A stretch of DNA of 64,000 nucleotides, from positions 32,001-96,000 of IMG/VR virus record IMGVR_UViG_3300033997_000310, one strand, 5' to 3'. Numbering within the stretch: position 1 is the first letter of the stretch; every line of letters starts with the position of its first letter. Shown piece by piece: positions 29,101-39,268 of the stretch. Origin of the DNA: a virus. The position numbers and the translations under genes are program-made. The notes beneath the pieces are model-generated. The model did not search any database. It saw only the letters and a program-made list of their open reading frames with translations, and had not been told where the DNA came from.

Positions 29101-31186
29101 CGACAAGCAGATCGACACCGCCAAGGAACTGGCGTCGGCCGCGCGCCAACAGGCGTCCGCCTTCCGTCAGCTTGCCGTGTCCCTGCGCGAACAGATCCTG
29201 GCCAACAAGACTGGTGACTTGTCGCCTCTGTCTCCGGGCGACCGCTTCTCTGCGCTCAACACCGAATTCCAGCGCCTGTTCGGCCTGGCAATGGGCGGTG
29301 ATCAGGACGCGGCCGGCAAGCTCGGTGACGCCGGGACAAGCCTTTTGGAGGCTGCCAAGGCAATGTATGCGACCGGGCCCGAGTATGTCGCCATCTTCAA
29401 CCAAGTGCAGGAAGCGCTGGCCAAGACGGCTGAGGTGGCCGATGTGCGCGCCACGGCCCTGGAGCGCATTGCCGATCTGGCGGATACGCAGGTGGTGATT
29501 CTTGAGGCCATCCGTGATGTCCTTAATACCGACCTTGGGCAGCCAACGGCCGACGCCATCGCCGCGGCGATCGCCGACGGCGTGCTGACGGTAGGGGAAA
29601 TCCAGGGTATCAACACCAAGCTGGACGAGCTTGGCCTGAAATTTGCTAACGTGACCGGCCCGGCCGCCGACGCGGTCAAGTCCGCGATCGAGACCCTGCG
29701 GCAGCAGTTGGCGCCCGGCGTGCTCACCGATGCGCAGAAGGCGGCTCTCACGACAGGTCAGCAGGCTATCGCCGACGCGCTGAACGGGTTCAAGGCCCAG
29801 CAGATCGACGAATACCGCAAGGCACTCATTGCAGCCGGCGACGCCATCGGGAAGATGCAGAACTTCCTCCTTGATCCGAACGGCAAGATCCCGGCTGCAA
29901 TCGAGGCCGCGTTCAAAGGCGCAGATATTCAAGCATCGCTGGCTACCGGCATCGAAACCCTGTTCAACGACGCCCTGGGCGATGCCTGGGAGGCGACGCC
30001 CCTCGTTGTTCGCGCCGATCAGACCTTGGCCCAGGCCGTTGGCCAGTGGACGGCGGAAAACCTGTCGACCCGCATCACCAGCCAGTTCGGGGAGGCCATC
30101 GCCAACTGGGCGACGGGTAGCGATCCGCGCACCCTGGTGCAGCGCGTGGACGAGGTATTCTCGCAGGCTATTGGTGACGAGACCGGAAATTGGCAGGGCA
30201 CGCTGAAGTCCCTGCTGGATCAACAGTCTCCGCTCGTGCTGAACCTTCAGGCGCTGACCGCACAAATTCCGCTGTTGATCGATGCCCTGAAGAATCAGGC
30301 CGCGAACGACAATGCTTCCGGCGCCTATGACGCTGCGATGCAGGCGTTCGTCAACCCGATCAAGAACGCGGCCGTCGGGGCGGTGAACAGCATCGCCAGC
30401 GTGCCGATCGACAAGCCTTCAGGCGGCAAGAACAACCGCACGGATCTGAGCGTCAATATCGCTTCCGGGCTCCAGCAGAATATCGGCGGGAACGCACAGA
30501 ACGAGGGCAGCCGCCAGCGCGCAGCAGAGCTTGGCAGCATCATGCAGACGCTTGGCCAGCAACTCGAGATGCTGACTGGCGGCACGCTGGGGACGATCCA
30601 GGTTCGCGCGGGCGAGGACACGTCCGGCTATCGCGTCGGATCGATCGACCGCATGGACGCCTATGACGGCAACGCCCATGCCCAGATCATCTCGGGGTTC
30701 ATCAACGATGCGATCAAGTCGCTGTCGGGCGGCAACGTCGAGGCGATCAAGATCCTTCAGGGCACGGACTTTACCGACATCACCGCCGGCTTCACGAACG
30801 CGGCTGCTGAAATCTACAAGCTTTTGAATCCACCAGCTTTTGCCGCTGGCGGTATGCATGCTGGCGGACTGCGTTTGGTCGGTGAAAATGGGCCCGAGTT
30901 GGAAGTCACTGGCCCTGCCCGTTATTTCAGTGCGTCGCAAACGGCATCGATGATTGATGGAGCATATGGCGCCGTAGCCGGCCGCAGCCGTGGGCAGGCG
31001 GTTACCGATCCGGCCCTGCTGTCCGAGCTGCGGGCCCTGCGCGCAAGCAACGAGGCCATGGCGGCGGAACTGTCCGCCTACCGGAAGGAGCAGGCGGAGC
31101 GAGACGGCCGGATCATCCGGAGCAACGAGGCAATGGCGGCGGACAGCAAGCGCCAAGCAGGCCAGGCAGGGGAGCGTCGCCGCTGA
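26138..31186 (+). CDS. tail tape measure protein
   Basis: About 1680 aa helical protein; QLGQALASG.LRGDEFNS tape-measure domain; FAAGG..LVGENGPE. Confidence 0.95.
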   Translation: MTTDIATLGIKVDTTQAARGASDLERFEESAGKAGRAVDKMENEVNSILGPLRALQGLLAGVTAALGIQKLIEYADTWNLLNARIKIVSRSTQEFVTAQRELFRISQETRTALEGTVSLYTRVAGVAQRAGRSQVEVLKFTETVSKGLQVSGASAAEAQNTIIQLGQALASGALRGDEFNSLRENAGALVQVLADNIKGVDGNMGKLREFAEQGKLTFDVIFNAALGASAKINADYAQLPVTVGAAFTVLENAFMKFVGEVDKSTGITAALSSGLVSLSKNLDLVAASLAGLAAAGIVASLGTIIGLIRTATTATIAWTAALATNPIGLLAVAISSAVAALVYYRNELVNIGNQTVRVGNVISAVWTTIAAPIEAAVKWLAAMVRTLAALAAFDFSSVGRGLGDGAQAMKGAVSDIEKAWSRMNLRPGRDMGRDSVNNTPTPVAGVDPAEVNDKEQLVNAIERIIGAYDREKKIAFEVADARKHLNAAMEAGSQALKDQIAAAGGVDSILKRYEAQLRSNTTAVKQADAVTQAFKDQIDDVNRFLADQAGGLTEAEKAYQPYAAQIEKLNDLLAKKGVTDQQRIAIQETINKLELAGRVAMEDANAKLQRQIDLRTLELNRLKERNGLMSRVVAGGSDGLKAGVELEAKVTQWQIDDAIRGLTDSLRDARGQISETNQAIIDATEAEMKRNAVLERQAQINGLAQTAADSLGNIFTRIQSGDWGSVAEGVGKFVTDFQTLEKKTGSTAGAFKELGENLLKSAEAGNALGNMLGSLFGRSAAEQKNAQKGGAIGGTVGSFFGMKGAGAFVGNIIGGFFGTSKAMERAAQKAADVAKLNEQIDSFLQAASSATDMQKQLTALDAQFQSLRREAERLKQPVDLLTKAYEAQRKKILDAFGSGIDELIDKYSGRQAMADLRALLKVQEQRIKDALVAEYDLGKVRRANALELADFFSNLTEDQLAAFGDLVSALDRVKARIRDLTTTITDQLDKQIDTAKELASAARQQASAFRQLAVSLREQILANKTGDLSPLSPGDRFSALNTEFQRLFGLAMGGDQDAAGKLGDAGTSLLEAAKAMYATGPEYVAIFNQVQEALAKTAEVADVRATALERIADLADTQVVILEAIRDVLNTDLGQPTADAIAAAIADGVLTVGEIQGINTKLDELGLKFANVTGPAADAVKSAIETLRQQLAPGVLTDAQKAALTTGQQAIADALNGFKAQQIDEYRKALIAAGDAIGKMQNFLLDPNGKIPAAIEAAFKGADIQASLATGIETLFNDALGDAWEATPLVVRADQTLAQAVGQWTAENLSTRITSQFGEAIANWATGSDPRTLVQRVDEVFSQAIGDETGNWQGTLKSLLDQQSPLVLNLQALTAQIPLLIDALKNQAANDNASGAYDAAMQAFVNPIKNAAVGAVNSIASVPIDKPSGGKNNRTDLSVNIASGLQQNIGGNAQNEGSRQRAAELGSIMQTLGQQLEMLTGGTLGTIQVRAGEDTSGYRVGSIDRMDAYDGNAHAQIISGFINDAIKSLSGGNVEAIKILQGTDFTDITAGFTNAAAEIYKLLNPPAFAAGGMHAGGLRLVGENGPELEVTGPARYFSASQTASMIDGAYGAVAGRSRGQAVTDPALLSELRALRASNEAMAAELSAYRKEQAERDGRIIRSNEAMAADSKRQAGQAGERRR

Positions 31187-33534
31187 TGGCCTTCTCCCCC
31201 GCCTTCCTCGACCTCATCGCCCAGCCGAACGCCGTCCGCTCCTATCTGGTGACGGTGCAGCCCTATGCAGTCGTGCGGGCCAGCATGGCGCAGGTGGCCA
31301 GCGGCAACCGCCTGACGGCCGCTGCCGGCACCTTCAGCACGATGAAGCCATGGGACACCGGCCTGACCCTCAGCCGGCCCGCGACAGGCGATGTGACCAT
31401 CGGCATCAGCGACGTGGCGGACGACGGCTCATGGGTGCAGGTCACCGGGGTGACGCTGAGCAATGTCGCCGCAGCCACCTGCACCATCAGCGGGCTGGTC
31501 GACCGGTACTTCAGCACGGGCGGCTACAACACGACGCCCACGGACACGCCGGCCAACCGCCATTACGAGGATGGCGTTGAGAACGCGCTGTCCTTCACGC
31601 GGACGATGTACGACGGCACCAAGATCGGCGGACGCTCTATCCCCGGCCGTGGCGACATTGTTCTGCATAACCTGAATGGCCGGTTTGATGGCTATCGCTC
31701 GTGGGGCTGGGCAGGGCGCCGCGTCACGGTAGAGCTTGGCGCCACCAGCTTCGCGCGCAACGAATTTGGCGTCATCTTTGTCGGCGTGACGGCCGGCGTA
31801 TCGCTCTCCGACGATCGGTTCTCCATTTCCGTCCGCGATCTGACCGAACTGCTTAACCAGGCGCTCTATGCCCCCCGCTATCGCGGGACCGGCGGGTACG
31901 AGGGCGGCATCGACCTGCTGGATCAGGTCAAGCCGATCTGCATCGGGAAGTGCCAGAACATCGAGCCCGTGCCGCTGGGCATCATCGACGGGCGGTTTAC
32001 CTACCAGTTCCACGACGGCGCTGTCGCGGCTTACGACAGCGGCTGGCATCAGGTGCGGGATGCCGGCGTGCCGCTTACCTATGTCGCCAGCAGCCCGGCG
32101 GCCGGGCAATGGACGCTCGACGCCACCAGGGGCCTGATCATCATCGGGGGCGGGGAGCCGGCACTGCTGACGGCCGACGTCATCGGCACCAGCGACGCCT
32201 CGACAGAGCCATCGGCCGCCCGAGCAATGGAATATCTGGTGCTGCGCCGGCTGGCTCTGGATAGCGGCGGGAGCATCACCAGCGTCTCCATCGGCACGGG
32301 GAGCAAGACGTTCACCGTGCGGGACACGCTGCCGTTCGGCATCGGCGGCTATGCGCTCATTTCCCGCACTGCCGCGCCCGACCAATACTGGATGCTGGGC
32401 ACGGTGACGGGCTGGACCGGCGGTTCCCTCACCGTCAACGTCACCGCGTCGGCGGGCGTCGGGACCTTCTCGGATTGGACGGTCACCAAGATCGGCCTGC
32501 TGGCGAGCGAGATCGGCCCCGGCACTGGCGGTGATGTCTTCGACGAGCTGCACACCGCCAACACCGCCCCGGTGCAAGTCTATATCCGCGACGGCGCCAA
32601 CGCGTTGGACGTGCTGGACGAGATCGCCAAAAGTATCGGGGCTTTCTACGGCTTCGACCGCGCAGGCCTGTTCGATGCCGGCCTGTTCCTGGCGCCCACC
32701 GGGACTCCCGTCCTGTCGATCGACGGCGACACCGCCATGGAGGGCCTGCAACGCGAGGACACCAGCGCCCCGGCCTGGCGCGTCTCTCTCGGCTATGGCC
32801 GGAATTTCCGCGTCGCAACCACGGACGAGTTGGCGGAAGACATCCGCAAGAACCTCGTCACCAACGGCTATTTCAATGCTGACACCGATTGGACAAAGGG
32901 CACTGGCTGGACCATCAGCAGCGGTGCGGCGCAGGCGGTGGCAGGGTCTGCGTCGGATCTATCGCAAACCATCGCCCTCAAGGTCGGACAGGAATACGTC
33001 CTGACGGCCGACGTTACTCGCAGCGCCGGCAGCGTCCAGTTCAAGCTCGACAGCACAAATCTGGGGTCGGCGGTCAGCGCCACCGGCACGCTTGAGGTCA
33101 CCTTCATCTCCACTTCGGCCAGCATGTCGCTGAAGGCGTCGAAGGATTCATCGTTCGCCGGGTCGGTCGACAACATCTCGATCGTGACCAGCCGACTCCG
33201 GTTCTTCACGACAGAATACCGATATCCTGCCGCTGCCGCAGATATGAGCGTGCGGACCATCTATGGGCCCTACGCCACATCGGAGACACGAGACACGCTG
33301 CTGCTGCGCAAGGCAGATGCTGAGACAGAACAGGCCCGACAACTGGCGCTCTATGGGGCTGCCCGCGATGTCTTCACCGTGCCTGCGAAGACGGAGCCAT
33401 TCCAGGTCGACATCGGAAATGTAGTCGAGTTGACCGATTCGCGGTACGGTCTATCCGCAGGGAAACTGATGACTGTACTGGGCATCATTGAGGACGCGAG
33501 CACCAATCGCGTCACGCTGACGCTGTGGGGTTGA
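31186..33534 (+). CDS. tail tip/baseplate protein with inserted beta domains
   Basis: Follows the tape measure; KP...G...NIEP; NLVTNG.F..DTDW.KG.GW carbohydrate-binding-like insert. Confidence 0.75.
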   Translation: MAFSPAFLDLIAQPNAVRSYLVTVQPYAVVRASMAQVASGNRLTAAAGTFSTMKPWDTGLTLSRPATGDVTIGISDVADDGSWVQVTGVTLSNVAAATCTISGLVDRYFSTGGYNTTPTDTPANRHYEDGVENALSFTRTMYDGTKIGGRSIPGRGDIVLHNLNGRFDGYRSWGWAGRRVTVELGATSFARNEFGVIFVGVTAGVSLSDDRFSISVRDLTELLNQALYAPRYRGTGGYEGGIDLLDQVKPICIGKCQNIEPVPLGIIDGRFTYQFHDGAVAAYDSGWHQVRDAGVPLTYVASSPAAGQWTLDATRGLIIIGGGEPALLTADVIGTSDASTEPSAARAMEYLVLRRLALDSGGSITSVSIGTGSKTFTVRDTLPFGIGGYALISRTAAPDQYWMLGTVTGWTGGSLTVNVTASAGVGTFSDWTVTKIGLLASEIGPGTGGDVFDELHTANTAPVQVYIRDGANALDVLDEIAKSIGAFYGFDRAGLFDAGLFLAPTGTPVLSIDGDTAMEGLQREDTSAPAWRVSLGYGRNFRVATTDELAEDIRKNLVTNGYFNADTDWTKGTGWTISSGAAQAVAGSASDLSQTIALKVGQEYVLTADVTRSAGSVQFKLDSTNLGSAVSATGTLEVTFISTSASMSLKASKDSSFAGSVDNISIVTSRLRFFTTEYRYPAAAADMSVRTIYGPYATSETRDTLLLRKADAETEQARQLALYGAARDVFTVPAKTEPFQVDIGNVVELTDSRYGLSAGKLMTVLGIIEDASTNRVTLTLWG

Positions 33535-33535
33535 G

Positions 33536-35734
33536 ATGGCGCTGACGGGACGCAGCCGGAATGTGGTGCTGGCATGGCAGAACTTCGTGGACGAGAGCAT
33601 CACAGTTCTGACCAGCCCGACATCGTTTGTTTCTGGCATGCCGCTGAGCAACGTCAAGAACGACAGGCTCAAGAAGGTGGCGCGCACCACCGGCAACTCC
33701 GTGATTTTCGACTTCGACTTCGGCCAGGCCGTGCCCATCAGCATGGCCGCGATCCTGGGGCACAATCTCACCGAAAACGCGACCATGCGCATCCAGGCGG
33801 CAAACGCTCGCAGCGGCACGGCCAGCGCGCCGGGCGGCTACACGCTTGCATTGCCTGATCTGGTCTACGACACGCGTCAGACCCTGCGTAGCGGCACCGC
33901 GCGCGGGGCCTACACCTGGACCAGCAGCATGCTGGACCATGATTTCACGACGGGCACACTGCCGGCCGGGTCCAGCTTCAGCCGGGCCAGCCCGGCGACC
34001 TATTTCGACTATACCGGCACCATGCGCACGGCGGCGACCGGGGAGCCGCGGTACGACTACGACCCGGTGACCAAGACGGCGCGCGGCATCCTGATCGAGG
34101 AGGCGCGGACGAACCTGCTGCTGAACAGCGAGGCGCTGTCCACCCAGAGCGTCGTGGTCACCGCGCAGGCATACACGCTGTCATTCTACGGGACTGGTAC
34201 GATTACGCTGTCTGGTGCATCTACCGCGGGCCCGCTGGTGGGGGGCGGCGCCTTTCCGGCGCGCACCACGCTGACCTTCACGCCGGCCGCCGGCACGCTG
34301 ATGCTGACCGTCACCGGCACGGTGCAATATGCCCAGCTGGAAGCCGGTGCTTTCCCGACCAGCTACATCCCAACCACAGCCACCACCGTCACTCGGGCCA
34401 CAGATTTCCTGAATATGCCGACCAGCGTGCTGCCTTTCAATTCGGCGGCAGGCACGTTGTTGACCTCATTCAAAATGCCATATGTGGGCGGCGCCGGTTA
34501 TCCAGGTGCGGCCTTTTTCGATGATGGAACCGTAAACAATTACATTGGCTCGTTCGTGGCTGATGCCGCATCCGATGCGACGTATTTTGAGGTAAAGACG
34601 GGCGGGGTACAGCAATTTTACGGCTCGGTAGGAACATATGTGGCGGGTACGTCTGTTACCGTAGGCGGGGCGTGGTCTGCCGCAAATTTTGCCGCATCCC
34701 TAAATGGTTCTACACCGGCGACGTCATCATCAGGGACAATTCCGACTGTGAACGTGCTCCGCGTCGGCACGTTGTTGGCAAACCTGGCCCCCCTCAACGG
34801 CTGGATCAGTCGCCTGACCTATATCGCCTCCCGCGTCAGCAATGCCGACCTCCAGACCCTGACCAATCCCGCCACGTCGGCAGCCACGCGCGCGGCCACG
34901 CTGGCGCCCTATGCCGGCACGGCCGGCACGGCGGCCATCACCCTGGGCACTGGCAGCAAGACCGTCTATGTCGACGACGCTGACATGCGCTTCTATGCCG
35001 GCACGACCGTGCGGCTGTCTATCGACGACAGCAACTATATGTCCGGCACGGTGACCTCCTATTACCGCCCCTCGCGCCGCTTGGTCATCAACTCGACCAC
35101 CGTCGTCGGGTCCGGCTCTGCAACGACCATGGCCGTCACTCGCGAGACCGACGACATCAAGGTCTGGCCGGATGTGACTCCTTTTGGTGAGGGCGGGTAT
35201 TGGGGGCGGTTCACGTGGGGTGGCCTGCTGTCGCTCGTCGGGAGGGATTACCTCCCGCCTGGCATCCACATGCCGGCGCTATTCACAGGCGATGACGAGC
35301 CGATCTACGCGCGGTATCTGAAGCTGGAAATCACCGACACCAGCCTGAGCTATATCGACATCGGCCGGCTGTTCCTGTCGGCCGCATATCAGCCGACGCG
35401 GAACCTGGAGTTTGATTGGTCGCTTACCCAGGTCGACCCCAGCCCCAAGGAGCGGTCACGGGGTGGGCAGGTCTATGTCGACGGCCGTCCGCAGTATCGA
35501 CGCATCGCACTTCGGCTGTCCGGCATCTCCCGCGACGAAATCATGTCACAGGTCTACGAGATGCAGCGCGAGCTTGGCGTGCGCCGGCCCTTCCTGCTGA
35601 TCGTCGATCCCACGGACCCCATCAACCTGCATCGCCTTACGCTTTATGGCTCGCGGCCAGACGATGCACCCATCAGCAACCCGCTGACCAACAACTATTA
35701 CGCCGTCGAAATCGTCTCAGAGGAGTGGCTGTAA
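33536..35734 (+). CDS. tail protein with inserted spike/fibre (LamG-like) domain
   Basis: FSRASPATY..G.LIEE.RTNLL...QLEAG.F.TSYIPT block. Confidence 0.75.
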   Translation: MALTGRSRNVVLAWQNFVDESITVLTSPTSFVSGMPLSNVKNDRLKKVARTTGNSVIFDFDFGQAVPISMAAILGHNLTENATMRIQAANARSGTASAPGGYTLALPDLVYDTRQTLRSGTARGAYTWTSSMLDHDFTTGTLPAGSSFSRASPATYFDYTGTMRTAATGEPRYDYDPVTKTARGILIEEARTNLLLNSEALSTQSVVVTAQAYTLSFYGTGTITLSGASTAGPLVGGGAFPARTTLTFTPAAGTLMLTVTGTVQYAQLEAGAFPTSYIPTTATTVTRATDFLNMPTSVLPFNSAAGTLLTSFKMPYVGGAGYPGAAFFDDGTVNNYIGSFVADAASDATYFEVKTGGVQQFYGSVGTYVAGTSVTVGGAWSAANFAASLNGSTPATSSSGTIPTVNVLRVGTLLANLAPLNGWISRLTYIASRVSNADLQTLTNPATSAATRAATLAPYAGTAGTAAITLGTGSKTVYVDDADMRFYAGTTVRLSIDDSNYMSGTVTSYYRPSRRLVINSTTVVGSGSATTMAVTRETDDIKVWPDVTPFGEGGYWGRFTWGGLLSLVGRDYLPPGIHMPALFTGDDEPIYARYLKLEITDTSLSYIDIGRLFLSAAYQPTRNLEFDWSLTQVDPSPKERSRGGQVYVDGRPQYRRIALRLSGISRDEIMSQVYEMQRELGVRRPFLLIVDPTDPINLHRLTLYGSRPDDAPISNPLTNNYYAVEIVSEEWL

Positions 35735-37081
35735 ATGCCTGTCGTCAATGGAAACGAATACACCGCAGACGGCAACTTCAATGGCAACAAATACGCCGAC
35801 TCTGCACTGGGGCTGATCCCGGCGCTGACGGACGTGGTTGCGCACTGCGAAGGCATCTTCCGCGGCACCAGCACCAGCAGTGTGACGGTGGGCAATGGCA
35901 CCAAGACGCTGACCATCAGCCTGAACCGGCCGATCTACATCGGCTCGTGGGTGCGCATTGAGGCGCAGGCGAACAGCGCCATCTCGATGGAGGGTACGGT
36001 CACCGCCTACGACAGCGGCACCGGGGTGCTGTCCGTCTCGGTTGACCCCTCTGACGTCAGCGGAGCCGGCACGCTGGCGGCCTGGTACATCTTCACGATG
36101 GGCCGGCGCGGCAAGGACGGCAATGCGGGAACTTTGGCGACGAACAGCGTGGCGGGCGTGGCTGCGCTGGCAACGCAGGCGGAGGTGGACGGCCGCACCA
36201 TCACGGGCAAGATCGTGGCCCCGTCCACGCTGGCGGAAGGGCTGGGCCTGAAGGGCACCGACATCGCCAGCGCATCCACGCTGACGCTGCCCACCATCGG
36301 CGACTATTTTAACGTGACTGGCACCACTGGCATCACCGCCATCAGCACCAGGGCAGCCGGGCGGGACGTTACCCTGGTGTTTGCCGCATCCCTGACTGTG
36401 ACACATAACGGCACCTCGCTGATCCTGCCGGGCGGCGCAAACATCACTGTCGCGGCCGGTGATGTCATGCGCCTGAAGTCCGAGGGAAGTGGAAATTGGA
36501 GGTGCGTCAGCTTCAATAGGGCAAGCCTTGCTGCTGGAGCGCCGGCCCCCGGTGAGTATCTCCTGTCCTATCAGGCCGTGACCGGCTCCCCGTCCCAGAT
36601 CGATATCACTTCAGGAATCACCTCGGCGTATGATCTTTATGTGGTGCGGTTCCTTCTGGTAACGTTTAACAGCATCGTGTCAATCGGGTTGCAGATCGGA
36701 AGCGGCTCTTTCACCACCACGAACTATTTGTATGGCTCCAGTATCAGCCGTAGTTCTTCCGGATCAGTCAGCGCCGCCAATTCAACTTCAGCGTCGGCAA
36801 TTATGTTGACCGCTGCGGGTGACGTTGTGAGCGGTCGTGACGTGATTGGCGAGGTGATTATCAACCGTGCTGATAGCGGGTCTAGTTCCGGTGTGCTTGC
36901 GCGATTCTGGAGCATGTATAGCTATACAGCGGCATCACCAGCGGAAATTGTGCATGTCGTAGGCGCTGGTTGGCGCGCGCCGACACCGATCACTGTCATC
37001 GACCGAATCCGCCTTCTTCCTTCGTCCGGCACATTCCAGAACGCTGGTTACGTCAACCTCTATGGCATCAGGAAGTCGTAA
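35735..37081 (+). CDS. tail fibre / receptor-binding protein
   Basis: ATQAE repeat, DIASA.T.., LILPGGANIT..AGD, C-terminal LYG. Confidence 0.8.
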   Translation: MPVVNGNEYTADGNFNGNKYADSALGLIPALTDVVAHCEGIFRGTSTSSVTVGNGTKTLTISLNRPIYIGSWVRIEAQANSAISMEGTVTAYDSGTGVLSVSVDPSDVSGAGTLAAWYIFTMGRRGKDGNAGTLATNSVAGVAALATQAEVDGRTITGKIVAPSTLAEGLGLKGTDIASASTLTLPTIGDYFNVTGTTGITAISTRAAGRDVTLVFAASLTVTHNGTSLILPGGANITVAAGDVMRLKSEGSGNWRCVSFNRASLAAGAPAPGEYLLSYQAVTGSPSQIDITSGITSAYDLYVVRFLLVTFNSIVSIGLQIGSGSFTTTNYLYGSSISRSSSGSVSAANSTSASAIMLTAAGDVVSGRDVIGEVIINRADSGSSSGVLARFWSMYSYTAASPAEIVHVVGAGWRAPTPITVIDRIRLLPSSGTFQNAGYVNLYGIRKS

Positions 37082-37534
37082 ATGAACGATATTGAAGACA
37101 CCCAGGCCCCTGGCGAGCTACAGAATGCAACGCCAGATGCCAGCGAAAATGATCCGGAGATCTTCACATTCCCGGAAGGTGCGATCACTGTGTTGGAGAA
37201 CGGTATTCCGCGGCTTGCTACGCCGGATGAGGAAGCCGAAATCCTGGCCCGCCAGCAGCCCGCACCGCCGGTCAAGCTCCCGAACATCAGCAAGCTGGCG
37301 TTTCTGGAGTTGTTGGTGGCTGCCCTTGGCGAACACAGGGCGTTGGCGCTATTGCAACCAACGACGCGCTTCGGTCTGATCTTCCTGGCGGCATCGCAGG
37401 TCGATTATGACGACCTGTTCATCGGCATCGACGGAGATCCGGAGCAGGCGTGCTACACGGCCCAGCTTCTTGCGGCCGAAGTGGTGACGCAGGCCGAAAT
37501 TGAGGCCCTGGAAGAATCATGGCCAACGACCTGA
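37082..37534 (+). CDS. tail fibre assembly-like protein
   Basis: Acidic; R..TPDEEAE; follows the fibre gene. Confidence 0.55.
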   Translation: MNDIEDTQAPGELQNATPDASENDPEIFTFPEGAITVLENGIPRLATPDEEAEILARQQPAPPVKLPNISKLAFLELLVAALGEHRALALLQPTTRFGLIFLAASQVDYDDLFIGIDGDPEQACYTAQLLAAEVVTQAEIEALEESWPTT

Positions 37535-37809
37535 TGCACGAAACCATCCGGCGGGCGAAGGAGGTGCTGTCTCTTTTGTCCTGCGCCGCCAACGTCATCG
37601 TCGGCACAGGTGATCGAGAGGTCACCCTGTCCGCCGGAAGCTGGGAATTGCGCGTGAACGGGCGCAACAGGGCCGTCCGCTGCTATGGCGTTGCCTTGGT
37701 CACTGTAATCGACGCCATGAATCTGCCATTCGACGGGCGAAATCACTGTTCACGAGCCTGGATAGAGCACGCGCCCATTTGGGCAAAGGTCGCGGACGAC
37801 CGCGCCTGA
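37519..37809 (+). CDS. hypothetical protein
   Basis: N...G....TLSA..W...ID...NHC pattern seen in phage tail regions. Confidence 0.55.
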   Translation: MANDLMHETIRRAKEVLSLLSCAANVIVGTGDREVTLSAGSWELRVNGRNRAVRCYGVALVTVIDAMNLPFDGRNHCSRAWIEHAPIWAKVADDRA

Positions 37810-37895
37810 GTTGTCCATTTTCCTTTGGAAATTGGACAAGAAACAAATCCGATTTCCAGTACCATGTACGCACAAAATCCCGCTGGAGGTGCGAC

Positions 37896-38192
37896 ATGGC
37901 ATATGCCCTTGTGTCTGGCGGCACGGTCGTCAACGTCACCGTGGTCGAGCTTGATGATCCTGAGGCCGATGGCTGGATAGAAATTCCAGACGGCCTACCC
38001 GTGGTTCCGGGCTGGACTTACGCCGATGACACATTCACCGCACCAATTCCATCGCAGGATCAGATAGACGCGCGCAACGCCCCGCTGGTGAAGCAGCAGG
38101 TGAACGCGCGCTTGGAACGTCGGGCTAAGGCCCTGGCTGCTGACGGGGACCGCATCGGTGCCCTTGAACTTCGCATCCAGAAGGAGACATGA
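37896..38192 (+). CDS. hypothetical tail-associated protein
   Basis: GGAGG RBS; YALV..G.VVN...GWTY....FTAP. Confidence 0.65.
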   Translation: MAYALVSGGTVVNVTVVELDDPEADGWIEIPDGLPVVPGWTYADDTFTAPIPSQDQIDARNAPLVKQQVNARLERRAKALAADGDRIGALELRIQKET

Positions 38193-38193
38193 C

Positions 38194-38478
38194 ATGGCAA
38201 CGGGATACCGCCGCCTCAATGACGGTGATGGCGCAACGCTGGCCAAGGACGCATGCGCCTTGCTGCTGGCGGCACAGAGCAAGCTGGCCCAGGCCGCAGC
38301 GATGGCTGGTGCCGTCCTGGCGCGCGGAACGGCCGCCGAACTGGAGGGCGCTGAATTCGGCGCACAGTCTGGTGAAGGGCAGGCCGTGCATGACGAGATC
38401 GCTGGCCTGAGCAGCGCGCTTGACACCTTCATGTCCACCAATGCGACCAACATCGCCCGGTACAATCCGGGCGGCTGA
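38194..38478 (+). CDS. hypothetical protein
   Basis: AAGGAG RBS. Confidence 0.55.
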   Translation: MATGYRRLNDGDGATLAKDACALLLAAQSKLAQAAAMAGAVLARGTAAELEGAEFGAQSGEGQAVHDEIAGLSSALDTFMSTNATNIARYNPGG

Positions 38479-38494
38479 TCCAGCTATGAAAGAC

Positions 38495-38531
38495 AAAGGC
38501 GCTCACGGTCAAAAGCCGTAGAGCGCCTTTT
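38495..38531. terminator. bidirectional terminator
   Basis: AAAGGCGCTC..GAGCGCCTTT between convergent genes. Confidence 0.65.
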
Positions 38532-39155
38532 CTATTCTTCGTAAGCAGTCATCGAGAAAGCCAGCGTTTTCGCGGCCCCGGCGCGGTTTGTCATGCGGAT
38601 CAGGTAATTGGTCGATGCCTTGAAAATGATTTCGTTGTCGAACCGGAAGTCACCACCAACGGCAGACGATTTCGTCCCGCCTGGATTGAAGCCGGAGTAA
38701 AGCAACGTGCCCGTGGCTGATATGGTCGGTGTGTAAAATGTGTCCGTATCAGGCATGGCCGCGCTGGAGCGGTTGCGATTATGCACCGTCACTGCCGTGC
38801 CATCACCGCTCACTGTAGTGCCTTCGTAGATCAGAATTTCAAAGTTTCCACCGCCGACAACGTCGCAAATGGCGTGGCACTCAATTCCAGCCGGCACCTT
38901 GATCAGGATGTCGGCGTTCGCGTCATCGGCAACCGAAGAAAATACATGGCTGAAGGTGAAGACCTGACCCAGATGGATCCGCTGGTGCACGATCGGCATC
39001 GTGACCAGGGAAGCGCCGATGGCGTCGCTGCCGTTGCGCGATTCGGAGTTGGTTAACTCCACCGGCATTGGCGTAGCCGGCTTGACGACTGTCCGGTTCC
39101 CGCCGGCACTGGCGAACGCGGCAACGTGGATTGGTTCAACGAGCGGTTCGGTCAT
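38532..39155 (-). CDS. hypothetical beta-rich (virion-like) protein
   Basis: 207 aa ORF, no firm family. Confidence 0.6.
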   Translation of the reverse strand: MTEPLVEPIHVAAFASAGGNRTVVKPATPMPVELTNSESRNGSDAIGASLVTMPIVHQRIHLGQVFTFSHVFSSVADDANADILIKVPAGIECHAICDVVGGGNFEILIYEGTTVSGDGTAVTVHNRNRSSAAMPDTDTFYTPTISATGTLLYSGFNPGGTKSSAVGGDFRFDNEIIFKASTNYLIRMTNRAGAAKTLAFSMTAYEE

Positions 39156-39268
39156 GGCGGCTCACCGGGCTTGAGGTGAGCGCATAATACCGCATCCGGT
39201 CGATTGCAGGAATGGCCAACCTATAAGCATGACTTACAGGTTGCTATCGGCCCGCTGGTCAAGTGCTA

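Noticed and set aside
35735-38478. Diversity-generating retroelement or invertible tail-fibre cassette
   Set aside because: No reverse transcriptase, invertase or template/variable repeat pair seen.
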